Below, in pieces: positions 8,312 through 16,993 of a DNA stretch of 64,000 bases. A program made the position numbers and the translations under genes. This DNA comes from an uncultured Candidatus Saccharibacteria bacterium (lineage in GTDB: Bacteria; Patescibacteriota; Minisyncoccia; HO2-45-28). The notes beneath the pieces were generated by a model that saw nothing but the letters and a program-made list of their open reading frames with translations, did no database searches and was not told the DNA's origin. Where the stretch lies: assembly GCA_964574495.1 (NCBI GenBank), contig CAZNNT010000001.1, positions 5,194-69,193 of the forward strand. Direction: 5' to 3'. Within the stretch, counting starts at the first letter, position 1; each line of letters opens with the position of its first letter.

Positions 8312-8344
8312 GCGGGGCAAGTTAGACGACCCGGCAATTTATAA

Positions 8345-8373
8345 ATTATACGCTATTTTTTCTGTCTTGACAA
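8345..8373 (-). promoter_or_regulatory. Sigma70 promoter of the tRNA locus
   Basis: TTGTCA-17 nt-TATAAT, 8 nt before the tRNA 5' end. Confidence 0.7.
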
Positions 8374-8382
8374 AGATAAATC

Positions 8383-9447
8383 TTATGTTTCTCTAATTAT
8401 TCTGGACACCGCGAGCTCCAGAGGCAGTTCGCGATGCGAAGAGTAAAAACGGGCGCTTGCGGTATCAAGCAGAACTAAAAGAACGCGCTCAAGGCGATCG
8501 GCCGTAAAATTCGGGATTTCGGGGCCTCCGCCCAAAACACCAAGAAATTTATTCCTGAAATCGTGTATTAAAATTTTCATAAAGACATTGGGTTCAACCC
8601 CGCTTTTTAAAGACCCGCGCACACATTCAAAAGCCGATTTAAAATCCTTCGCGCCGACTGCTAAAACCAGTTCATTTACAGCGTTTTCAGCGGGAGCTCC
8701 AAAAAAGTCGCGCACATCCTCGGCTTTTATCAACTTGGACTTCGCGCCCGCCAAAACCGAAACCTGCTCCAAAAGATTAAGAGCATCACGCAAAGAACCG
8801 TCGGAAAAAAGCGCGAGTATGCGGGCGGCTTCCGGCTCAATTTCAAAACTCTCGGACCTGCCCACTTTAGAAATGACCGCGCCCGCAACTTCCTCAGGCA
8901 GGCGCCTGAATCTCAAATGCTGGCATCTTGAGATTATGGTTTCCGGCACTTTTTCGGGCTCGGTCGTCGCCAGCATAAAAATAAGATGTTCGGGCGGCTC
9001 CTCAAGCGTTTTTAAAAGGGCGTTTGAGGCCTCTTTAGTCAGCATGTGAACTTCATCAATGATATAAACTTTACGTCTGGCCGAAACCGGCAGGAACGAG
9101 GCGGCGTCTCGAATCGCTCGGATTTCATCAATTCCTCGGTTTGAAGCGGCGTCAATTTCAATCAAATCCAGAGTGCGGCCGGAAATAAATTCTGAACAAA
9201 CATGGCAATTATTGCATGGGGCAGACAATCCATCAGAAATTTTGGCTAAATTGGCGCAATTGATGGCGCGGGCAAGAATGCGGGCAACACTAGTTTTTCC
9301 GGTGCCCCTGGGCCCCGAAAAAAGATAAGCGTGGGCTACGCGATTCAGTGTCAGAGCGTTTTTTAAAATCTTAACCACATGAGGTTGCCCCGCGACTTCA
9401 TCTAAGTTTTTCGGCCGATATTTTCTGTATAAAACCGCGTCGGTCAT
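8383..9447 (-). CDS. dnaX: DNA polymerase III subunit gamma/tau (short form)
   Basis: LYRKYRP, GPRGTGKT, Zn-binding Cys cluster, EIDAASNRG, IIDEVHML, LKTLEEPP, SRC. Confidence 0.96.
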   Translation of the reverse strand: MTDAVLYRKYRPKNLDEVAGQPHVVKILKNALTLNRVAHAYLFSGPRGTGKTSVARILARAINCANLAKISDGLSAPCNNCHVCSEFISGRTLDLIEIDAASNRGIDEIRAIRDAASFLPVSARRKVYIIDEVHMLTKEASNALLKTLEEPPEHLIFMLATTEPEKVPETIISRCQHLRFRRLPEEVAGAVISKVGRSESFEIEPEAARILALFSDGSLRDALNLLEQVSVLAGAKSKLIKAEDVRDFFGAPAENAVNELVLAVGAKDFKSAFECVRGSLKSGVEPNVFMKILIHDFRNKFLGVLGGGPEIPNFTADRLERVLLVLLDTASARFYSSHRELPLELAVSRIIRET

Positions 9448-9486
9448 TTGGATATGATAGCAGAAATAATTGGTTTTATAAATTTA

Positions 9487-9515
9487 TTGACATAAACACT
9501 TTTTTAATTTAAAAT
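9487..9515 (+). promoter_or_regulatory. Sigma70 promoter
   Basis: TTGACA-17 nt-TAAAAT, followed by AAGGAGG SD before ATG 9570. Confidence 0.75.
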
Positions 9516-9569
9516 ACCTTGGGAATTGATTTTTGAAATAACCCTCAACCCTTAAGGAGGCATTAACAG

Positions 9570-10628
9570 ATGCATGTAACGCTTGCCGGCAATATGATGG
9601 CTCCGTCAGTCGCGTTTACTATGCTTAGCCAGCATTTGGCCGCCCTCGGCATTCAAACTATTTCGTTGCTTGGATGCGGAAAAGAAATAGATTTATCCTC
9701 TAACGCTCTCCGCGACTTAGTTTATCTGGCAGATGTGATTCTTGTTGGCATGTCCGGGCCGGAAAAACTTGCTCAAACGGAGCTGGAAATTGCTAAAAAG
9801 GCGCTGGGACAAGACGTCCCTTTCGGCTTCTACTCCGACACTTATGATGTCTTTCGCAGGCCGTGGATTCCAGAATTTTTGAGAAAAGAAGCATCGTTTT
9901 TGTTCGTATCCCAAGAAGAAGAAAAAGAAGAAGCCCAAAAACTCTTCCCAAAAGCCAAAATCGTGGCCTCGGGCAATCCGACCTGGGAAGATTTTTTCTC
10001 GCCGCGATTTTCCAGAGATGAAATTCGTTCGCGCTTCTACATCCCAACCCAAAAAAAAGTTATTCTATGCTCTCTCGGCACTGCGCTTGAACCAAATTTA
10101 ACAATGCTGAAAAATCTGAATAATGCTTTGTTCAAAGAACATTTCTCGTGGACGATTCTCATCGGCATTCATCCTGGAGATCAAAATTATAGAAACGACC
10201 CGAGGATTTACGCAAAAAGTCTTGAACCAAATATTCAACTTGAACCAAACATTCAAATGGAGTTCGTCCCCAGAAACGAAATGCCGACAATGGACATTAT
10301 CCCGGGCGCGGATTATGTGGTGGATACGCCGGGCAGTTCCATCGGTATCAACGCGGCCTGCCTGCGAGTGCCCGTCATATGTTACTGTTCAAAAGAAGCG
10401 TTAGACAACTTGGAAGAATCAATCGGCAAAAGGTCGTGGAGACCATGTGAGAACGGCGTTGTTCTTCCTGTTTACAACCCCGACGATCTCTACTTGGCCT
10501 TTAGACAAGATTTTACGGATATTATTGATAGACAGAAATATATTTTTCCCAAACCCTTCGAAAAAGGCCAAGCAATAAGAATCATAACTGAAATCTTGCA
10601 AAAATACGGCTCTGATAAAAAGAGCTGA
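9570..10628 (+). CDS. Hypothetical GT-B-fold-like protein
   Basis: VASGNP, IHP, ADYVV...SSIGINAACLRVPVI resemble GT-B C-terminal motifs; strong SD. Confidence 0.6.
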   Translation: MHVTLAGNMMAPSVAFTMLSQHLAALGIQTISLLGCGKEIDLSSNALRDLVYLADVILVGMSGPEKLAQTELEIAKKALGQDVPFGFYSDTYDVFRRPWIPEFLRKEASFLFVSQEEEKEEAQKLFPKAKIVASGNPTWEDFFSPRFSRDEIRSRFYIPTQKKVILCSLGTALEPNLTMLKNLNNALFKEHFSWTILIGIHPGDQNYRNDPRIYAKSLEPNIQLEPNIQMEFVPRNEMPTMDIIPGADYVVDTPGSSIGINAACLRVPVICYCSKEALDNLEESIGKRSWRPCENGVVLPVYNPDDLYLAFRQDFTDIIDRQKYIFPKPFEKGQAIRIITEILQKYGSDKKS

Positions 10629-10633
10629 AAACC

Positions 10634-10666
10634 AAACCGCCCCGACAGTTGTCGGGGCGGTTTTTT
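10634..10666 (+). terminator. Intrinsic terminator between convergent genes
   Basis: AAACCGCCCCGACA-GT-TGTCGGGGCGGTTT plus T run. Confidence 0.85.
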
Positions 10667-10686
10667 CGTCAGAGTATCAAAATCGT

Positions 10687-12072
10687 CTAGGGAGCCGGAA
10701 CCATCCCCTGAAGCCAAAATGGAGCATTTTGGTCAATTGGCGCAGGAGTTGGCGGAGGTGTATAGACATTAGCCGAACCCGGGGTAGCCGGAGTCAGTTG
10801 CAACCAGAATGGAACCGGCGCAGGAGCGGCTGGAGCCGGGGTTGGAGCGGGAGTTACGGCGGGCGCTGGCGTTACTTCCGGTGTTACGGCCGGAGTTACT
10901 GGAGCGGCTGGAACCGCCGCGGCTCCAAACACTTCAGCCAGTTTCGCTCTTGTTTTCGGCCCGACAAATCCGTATCCGGCATCGCCTGCTTTGGCTACGC
11001 CATATTTAACCTGGAATTTTTCAACGGCGCGGGTTGTAAGAGAGCCGAAAAATTCTGTTTCATTTCCTGCTGAACCCACACCAGATGAAGCAATCGCCGT
11101 ATCGGCATCGGAGTTAAGCAATTGCTGGATACGCTTAACATCTTCTCCTTTTGAACCAATCGTGAGAGCGCGGTTAAAGACAGGGCTGACCGCGGCAGCG
11201 ACCGGCGAGGGTGCGGCCGGCACTACCGGCAACTCTGGAGCCGCCGGAGCCGCGGCCTCTGCAAACACTTCAGCCAGTTTCGCTCTGGTTTTCGGCCCGA
11301 CAAGTCCGTATCCGGCATCGCCTGCTTGAGCTACGCCATATTTAACCTGGAATTTTTGGACGGCTTTTTCAGAAAGCGAACCGAAGAATTCGGTTTCATT
11401 TCCTGGAGAACCAACGCCTGACGCCGCAATTACGGTGTCAGAATCAGAGTTTAACAACTGTTGAAGGCGCTTAACGTCTTCACCTTTAGAACCGATGGTT
11501 AAAGCCCTATTAAAAGCTGGGCTTACAGCCAATGCCTGGGCTGATGGCTGGGCCGCTGACGACGGAACCGCGGGTGTAGCCGGCGTTACGGTCGGTACTG
11601 CGGGTACAGCCGCAACTGCTGCGGTCTGCGAGGGAATGCTCGGCGCGCTACTTCCTCCGCCACCCCCTCCTCCGCCACCGCCTCCTCCGCCACCGCCTCC
11701 GGCAGCGCAGGTATCAGCTGAAACACTTATAGTGGAAGTTCCGAAAGGCGCGTTAGTCGGGTTGGTAACAGTTATTTTTGAACTACTGGTGGTGCAGGAA
11801 AACCCGGCCGTAATTGACCCGACTACCGTGGCGGTCAGTTTTCTGCGATTAGTTGAAGTAACTTCATAGCTTGCCCCCGGCGACATACCGACATCAAAAG
11901 AAGTGGAATTCACATCAATGTAATCGGCGTTAAAACCCGTGCCCGTAACATTTAAAGTTACGCTATTAACATCTAGATCAACATTAGTGTCAAAAGTAAA
12001 GTCGCCCAAAGCGGCCAACGCGAACATCGGTATAAAGCTGGCAGTTAAAATCGTTAGATAGATTTTTTTCAT
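10687..12072 (-). CDS. Secreted surface protein with two peptidoglycan-binding (PG_binding_1-like) repeats and poly-Gly and Pro/Ala linkers
   Basis: Signal peptide; 2x FNRALTIGSKGEDVKR.QQLLN...FFGSL...AV.KFQ...G.VGPKTRAKL, repeat period 336 nt. Confidence 0.85.
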   Translation of the reverse strand: MKKIYLTILTASFIPMFALAALGDFTFDTNVDLDVNSVTLNVTGTGFNADYIDVNSTSFDVGMSPGASYEVTSTNRRKLTATVVGSITAGFSCTTSSSKITVTNPTNAPFGTSTISVSADTCAAGGGGGGGGGGGGGGGGSSAPSIPSQTAAVAAVPAVPTVTPATPAVPSSAAQPSAQALAVSPAFNRALTIGSKGEDVKRLQQLLNSDSDTVIAASGVGSPGNETEFFGSLSEKAVQKFQVKYGVAQAGDAGYGLVGPKTRAKLAEVFAEAAAPAAPELPVVPAAPSPVAAAVSPVFNRALTIGSKGEDVKRIQQLLNSDADTAIASSGVGSAGNETEFFGSLTTRAVEKFQVKYGVAKAGDAGYGFVGPKTRAKLAEVFGAAAVPAAPVTPAVTPEVTPAPAVTPAPTPAPAAPAPVPFWLQLTPATPGSANVYTPPPTPAPIDQNAPFWLQGMVPAP

Positions 12073-12106
12073 GGGCGATAATTTAGTTTTTAATTAAACC
12101 GCTAAA

Positions 12107-12922
12107 TTATCGCGTTGCCCAAAAGTTAAGAGTGCCCCGTGGAGTAAAGGCGGCGCCGGCAAGATTGGTCAATTCAACTCCAATGGTTGCCGAACCCGTG
12201 GATGAAGCGCTGGCAATTACCATACCTACGTTATTAGGAGTGGCAGCTACAATCAGCGAGCTTGTCGCCTGAACAAAAACTCGGGTAAAGCTTGTAGTTA
12301 TTCCCGTGGCGCCAGAGCAAATAATGCCTGTTGTTGTGGTTGCAGGTATAGAAATCTGCGCGAGGTTGCAAGTTCCGAAAACCATACTTGTCAAAGCGGT
12401 TCCATCGCCAACCGTTAAAGTACCTTTCGTCGCAAAGTCGCCGTTTGAGCCGGTTGTGGTCGCAAAGCCGTTAACATATAAATTTTTGCCGACCTCAAAC
12501 TCATTCGTTGTGGAAGCGTTGCCGGTGATGATAATGTTGTCAACCGCGGCATTGCCCAAAGTGACATTGCCGTTAAGATTTGAGGCTCCGGTCACAGTCA
12601 AAGTGCCCGCAGTCTCAAAATTTCCGTTCGCGCCTGTTGTAGTGGCAAAACCGTTAACATAAAAGTTGCTGCCGACCTCAAATTCATTCGTTGTTGAAGC
12701 GTTGCCGGTGATGATAATGTTATCAGCCGCGGCATCGCCCAAAGTTACATTGCCATTTAAAGTCGTGGCTCCGGAAGCCGTAAGCGTCCCGCCCGTGTTA
12801 ACGTTTGAACCAATAGTGGTTACGCCGTAAGTGGTGAGAGCAACCAGTAAAAACGACAAAATTGTCGCCGCAATTATGCCGCTGACCTGACGAGTATCTA
12901 AAAAACTTGAAACCTTTTGCAT
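12107..12922 (-). CDS. Membrane-anchored/secreted Thr/Gly/Asn-rich protein with a tandem ~61-aa repeat
   Basis: N-terminal TM; 2x TL..SG...LNGNVTLG.AA.DNIIITGNASTTNEFEVG.N.YVNGFATTTG.NG. Confidence 0.75.
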   Translation of the reverse strand: MQKVSSFLDTRQVSGIIAATILSFLLVALTTYGVTTIGSNVNTGGTLTASGATTLNGNVTLGDAAADNIIITGNASTTNEFEVGSNFYVNGFATTTGANGNFETAGTLTVTGASNLNGNVTLGNAAVDNIIITGNASTTNEFEVGKNLYVNGFATTTGSNGDFATKGTLTVGDGTALTSMVFGTCNLAQISIPATTTTGIICSGATGITTSFTRVFVQATSSLIVAATPNNVGMVIASASSTGSATIGVELTNLAGAAFTPRGTLNFWATR

Positions 12923-13084
12923 ATTTTTATGCTTTTATTAACTAATAATTAATAATAAAAATTAACAATTTATTATTTAAACTAGACCGTTTCAGGACAT
13001 AAAAAATGCCCTTTAATTTATTATCCCTTTAAACAAAAATAGCCGCAAATACGGCCTGTGGATAAGTGCCTTATGAAATTTTCC

Positions 13085-15322
13085 CTACTTGGAAACCGGA
13101 TTTCTTCCGGCCATTATTTCATTAATAAAATATTCTCCAGATGCCTTAAAACCGGTGTCAAGTTCAATGGCGCGCTTAAGCTCCGCGATTGCCTTATTCG
13201 GCTCCCCAAGCTCCATATAAGTCGCGCCTAAATTAATATGATATTGGGCCTTGTTTGGCTCATTTTTAATGAATTCCAGCCAAAGATCGCGTACCCTGCC
13301 GTACTTTCCGACGCGGGCGTAAGCGTTAATCAATTGCTGGTCAGCCACAATAATAGTGCCAAAACGGTTCGTCAAAGCCCTTTCTCCCTCTTCTTGGCGG
13401 CCGCTGAAAATGGCTATTGTCGCAAAATTTTTAACGGCCTGGTCGTATTCGGGAGCAAGCTCATAGGCCTCTTTTACCGCCTCGTAGGCCTTTTGCTGAT
13501 TACCGAGATTAATATAACTATCTGCCAGCAAAAAAAGAATCTGCTGTTTTTTGGGCGAAAGCTCAAGCGCTTTTTCAACCGAATGTAAAGCGTCTTCATT
13601 ACGGCCCGCGTTGGCATACATAGCCGACAAAAAAAGATACCCCCTTGCGTCATGCGGAAACGCCTCAACTTGACGCTCAAGCTCACTTACGGAAAATTGA
13701 TTAAGTTTGTCCTTTAAATGTTGGGCGATATTTGCCTTAACAACCGAGTTAGCATAAGCGCTTAACTGTTCTCGTGCTTCTCCTGTCCCAAATGTCCGAT
13801 AACCAAATACCTTTTCGAAATCGGACAAAATTAAATCAACATTTTGTCTTTGAATATTAATGTCCTTTAAGGCCTGTAAAAGCCCCGTATTGGCCGATAT
13901 GGGTTTGATATTTAAAAAATATAAAGAGAATATCAGCGCGAAAATCACAAACGCGGACGCAAACGAACGCGCCGGCGTTATCTCAAGCATGCCAAGAGCT
14001 AAGCTCTCCCCATTTTTGCCAAGAGCTAAGCTCTTGGCGCTTTTGGTATCATTAGTAGAAAGATGGTGAATAAAGGCCAAAACCGAAAAAAATAAAATGT
14101 AGGATATGAGATTATCAAAAACAAATAAATTATGGAAAAAATAAGCCGCCAAAAGAGAGGTGAAGATGCCGGCAAACATTAAGTTTTCAGAGTTTTTTTC
14201 AAGGGCGTATTTCTTCCAAAGAAAGTAAATCGCAAAGGCAAATAAAGACAAGTAGGACAATAGCCCCAAAATGCCGCCGCTAGTCAGCCAGTCAAAAATT
14301 ATATTATGCGACCTGTCAAACCACGGCTCTTGCGGCCAAAGTTCGGGCTCATAATACTTGTTAAATACCTGACCGTAATTATCAAGCCCCCATCCCAATA
14401 ACGGCCTTTCCAAAAAACCCTTAAAAGACATCTCCCAAATAGTAAAGCGCGACTGAACCGTCCTGTCCTGCAAAGACAAATTACTGAACCGCGAAATAAC
14501 CGGATTCTCAAGAATAAAATTCTTGTTTTGGACCAATAAAAATAAGCCCGCTAAAATAATTATTCCGGCAATCGCGCTAAAAGAAACTATTTTTATCCGT
14601 TTGTCTTTGGAAAACAGCGACAAAAGCAAAGCAAGCAGAATAATCCCAGACATAAGTCCCAAAATAGCCCCCCTTGTTGCCGTCAAAAAAATGACCGGTA
14701 TTTCCAAGAGCGCCGCGACTCCAAAAACATTTTTTAACCATTTTTTGGGTTCAAAAAAATAAAGAAACGCCGCGATAAAAATATTGAAAAGCATGAAAAC
14801 GGCCATATAGCTCGCGTTGCCGAATGTCCCGTCGGCGCGCGGGCCGCTTTGAACCGATATGGCCAGAACGCCCAGCGCCTGGAGATAGCCGTATAGCCCC
14901 ATCCCCGCGCCGGAGGCGGCAATGGCGTAGAAAAATCTGCGCCAATCCCGTCCGGATTTCAAAACGCTTATCAAAACCAAAAAATAGGCGAAAAGATGCA
15001 GATGGGTTATGAGCCCTTCCATTCGCTCGAAATTAGACCAAAAACTCCGGTAAGGATCGGTGCTGAAAATAGTTGAGAGAGTTAAAACCGCGACAACCGC
15101 CGTAAGAGCCCAGAGAACCGGCGAGGACTTTGGCCGATAATTTTTGTCAACCATTGCCAAAATCAGCCACAAAGCAAAAATTATCTCAACAAAGATGCGG
15201 AAAAAAAATCCCTTTCCCGCAATAAACGGGAAAAACATAACCTTGGAAACAAAAAAAGGCGCTATAAGCACGATTGCCAAAAGGCCGGCCCAAATCGCCC
15301 ATTTCAGATATTTAGACAACAT
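13085..15322 (-). CDS. O-antigen ligase/Wzy_C-family membrane protein with C-terminal TPRs
   Basis: GTFGNASY, TATRGA, R..IW...., PLLGWGLDNY, DRSHN..FD.L..GG.LG; TPR-like helices at C-terminus. Confidence 0.85.
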   Translation of the reverse strand: MLSKYLKWAIWAGLLAIVLIAPFFVSKVMFFPFIAGKGFFFRIFVEIIFALWLILAMVDKNYRPKSSPVLWALTAVVAVLTLSTIFSTDPYRSFWSNFERMEGLITHLHLFAYFLVLISVLKSGRDWRRFFYAIAASGAGMGLYGYLQALGVLAISVQSGPRADGTFGNASYMAVFMLFNIFIAAFLYFFEPKKWLKNVFGVAALLEIPVIFLTATRGAILGLMSGIILLALLLSLFSKDKRIKIVSFSAIAGIIILAGLFLLVQNKNFILENPVISRFSNLSLQDRTVQSRFTIWEMSFKGFLERPLLGWGLDNYGQVFNKYYEPELWPQEPWFDRSHNIIFDWLTSGGILGLLSYLSLFAFAIYFLWKKYALEKNSENLMFAGIFTSLLAAYFFHNLFVFDNLISYILFFSVLAFIHHLSTNDTKSAKSLALGKNGESLALGMLEITPARSFASAFVIFALIFSLYFLNIKPISANTGLLQALKDINIQRQNVDLILSDFEKVFGYRTFGTGEAREQLSAYANSVVKANIAQHLKDKLNQFSVSELERQVEAFPHDARGYLFLSAMYANAGRNEDALHSVEKALELSPKKQQILFLLADSYINLGNQQKAYEAVKEAYELAPEYDQAVKNFATIAIFSGRQEEGERALTNRFGTIIVADQQLINAYARVGKYGRVRDLWLEFIKNEPNKAQYHINLGATYMELGEPNKAIAELKRAIELDTGFKASGEYFINEIMAGRNPVSK
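13991..14038. repeat. Tandem pair of short palindromes inside the CDS
   Basis: GCCAAGAGC-TAA-GCTCT (13991-14007) and GCCAAGAGC-TAA-GCTCTTGGC (14018-14038), 27-nt period. Confidence 0.8.
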
Positions 15323-15355
15323 CTATGTATAATACGCCTCTATCAAAAATAAACA

Positions 15356-15379
15356 AACCCGCCACATCTGTGGCGGGTT
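15356..15379 (-). terminator. Intrinsic terminator after the radical SAM gene
   Basis: AACCCGCCACA-GA-TGTGGCGGGTT followed by a T-rich tail on the minus strand. Confidence 0.7.
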
Positions 15380-15393
15380 AACGCTGAAATTTA

Positions 15394-16542
15394 TTACAAA
15401 AAATTCACATGCAGCGGCTTCGGTCCTGTCGCGGGCTGAATCCGCTTAATACCTCTCACATGCTCATCAAGCGCCACGCTCACATAGTGCTGAATGGGCA
15501 GTGTGCCCATCATTGTCTGGGCGTTAAAAGCGGGAGACGCCAGATAAGCCATGGCTCTCCAGTAGCGCTCCGACCGAAAGATGTCAATGAATCTCTCTTC
15601 GGTAAAGTTGCCGATATGCAGTTTTGAATATCGGGCGTTGAAAAACATCCCCGAAGGCGCCACAAGGCCGCTGCCGCTGATTTGCAGGAGAAACGCCGGC
15701 CCGTAGAAACGCCTGTACGGCATATTTCCTCCGTCGCGTATTTTATCCCATTTAACGATGACCTTCGTCTGTTCCGTGCTCATTCTTTCCGCTTGAGTCA
15801 GAAGGCCGTATAATTCCTGATATTTACTGTAATCAATGCCCAGCGAGCCCACTTCATCGTCCGAGCAATGTTTAATCACGGCATAGTCAGCGCCGAGATC
15901 CAAACCCAATTGCGCGAACGGTATGATTTCCTCTCCGAATCGGGGCATAAGCACCATCTGAATCCCAAGAGTCACTTTCAAGCCCAGTTTCCTTTTTAAT
16001 TCAACGGCGTATCTGATGTTATTCATCGCGCGGTCAAATACATATGTGTGATCTTTCGCCGGCTTTTTATGGTACATAATGGAGGTGTAACTTTCGGGCC
16101 GGCCTGCGGCAACGGTGAATCGCACCCATGTAAGATACGGGAGGACTTGCTCAATTTTATCCGGTTCCCACTCCCAGCCATTTGTCGCGTTAGCCACATC
16201 AATGCCGAGATCGGCCAGATACCGGATAAAAGGCGCGTATGCCTTTGACAAAGTGCTTTCGCCGTCCGAAACCAAAGATACGCTACGCACGCCGATTTCT
16301 TTAAAATCGTCCGCCAGACGCAGCGCAAGGTCGGGCGTGATACGTTCACGCGTCTGTGATTCCTGCATCATCGCGTAACAAAATTCGCACGAAGACCCGC
16401 AAGCGCGGGTTAACGCCATATCAACGCCCACGGGCGCTATGCGCTCGCCGGCTTCCCAGGCCTCCACGCGGTCAAAGTGATAAGCCAACTTATGCGAATC
16501 AAGAATTAAAGCGCCTTCGCGCGTCTGAACGGCTAAACTCAT
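15394..16542 (-). CDS. Radical SAM protein
   Basis: CGSSCEFC = CxxxCxxC; no Cys-rich SPASM motif visible. Confidence 0.85.
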   Translation of the reverse strand: MSLAVQTREGALILDSHKLAYHFDRVEAWEAGERIAPVGVDMALTRACGSSCEFCYAMMQESQTRERITPDLALRLADDFKEIGVRSVSLVSDGESTLSKAYAPFIRYLADLGIDVANATNGWEWEPDKIEQVLPYLTWVRFTVAAGRPESYTSIMYHKKPAKDHTYVFDRAMNNIRYAVELKRKLGLKVTLGIQMVLMPRFGEEIIPFAQLGLDLGADYAVIKHCSDDEVGSLGIDYSKYQELYGLLTQAERMSTEQTKVIVKWDKIRDGGNMPYRRFYGPAFLLQISGSGLVAPSGMFFNARYSKLHIGNFTEERFIDIFRSERYWRAMAYLASPAFNAQTMMGTLPIQHYVSVALDEHVRGIKRIQPATGPKPLHVNFL

Positions 16543-16877
16543 GACTTCACCTCCACTCCGCGCAGATTGCGCAAGGAATTGCGATCCCCCAGCGGATTCA
16601 GCCAGACAACAAGGCCCGGGTCAATATTTTCTTTCAGAAACGCTTCCAGATCCAAGAGCAAAGTGCCGCGCTTGCCGGCTGGCAGCGCCTCTCTAAGTTC
16701 CACGATAATCTCGCCGTTTTTCTTTGCCCTGATTACATTGACACTGCCTTTAAAATCTGCCGACCCGTCAATCAAAGCATCAGAAATTTTGCAGAGCCGC
16801 TCTTCATCCGTCAACCCCTGCCACTCGAAACTCGCAGATGGCGTCTCGACGTCTGCGTACTTTAGTATTTCATTCAA
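16539..16877 (-). CDS. Hypothetical protein coupled to the radical SAM gene
   Basis: ATGA overlap with the next gene; plausible composition. Confidence 0.7.
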   Translation of the reverse strand: MNEILKYADVETPSASFEWQGLTDEERLCKISDALIDGSADFKGSVNVIRAKKNGEIIVELREALPAGKRGTLLLDLEAFLKENIDPGLVVWLNPLGDRNSLRNLRGVEVKS

Positions 16878-16993
16878 CGCTCATTTACCCCTTTTGAAAA
16901 AAAACTCCTCTATTAATTTAACAGCAAAAAAGAGCCGAGTGATATCTTGACAAAATATAAAAAAATATTTTAGTTTTTTTCAAGACTTTATTT

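Larger units (their letters stand above)
7925..8321 (-). mobile_element. 397-bp insertion in the tRNA D-loop carrying a GIY-YIG gene and an intact tRNA-Gln
   Basis: Ends CTTGCCCCGC...AAATTTGGCGGGGTGAA match the miniature elements; tRNA sequence resumes on both sides. Confidence 0.75.
7826..8336 (-). pseudogene. Interrupted tRNA-Gln gene with insertions in the D-loop, anticodon loop and T-stem
   Basis: Segments TGCCGGGTCGTCTAA (8336-8322) / TAGGACATCGCCCTT (7924-7910) / GAGGCGAGCATCTTG (7884-7870) / GTTCGAATCCAAGCCCGGCAGCCA (7849-7826); acceptor TGCCGGG:CCCGGCA, encoded CCA. Confidence 0.85.

Noticed and set aside
7925-8321. Group I or bulge-helix-bulge intron interpretation of the tRNA insertions
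   Set aside because: Almost the whole insert is ORF plus tRNA, leaving no room for a ribozyme core. Clean removal does not restore the D-loop GG or a 7-nt anticodon loop (2-3 nt are missing). Only RNA data could fully exclude splicing.
8383-9447. Truncated or frameshifted dnaX
   Set aside because: The clamp-loader domains look complete, and no tau continuation exists downstream, where the tRNA promoter follows directly.
10221-10256. 18-nt tandem duplication (LEPNIQ twice)
   Set aside because: Simple in-frame slippage duplication; no further structure.
11654-11701. GC-rich triplet repeat
   Set aside because: Encodes a poly-Gly linker in the surface protein.
15356-15379. CCCGCCACA..TGTGGCGGG hairpin resembling the tRNA mini-element core
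   Set aside because: It lacks the CTTG/TGAA ends and has a T-tail just after a stop codon, so a terminator explains it.
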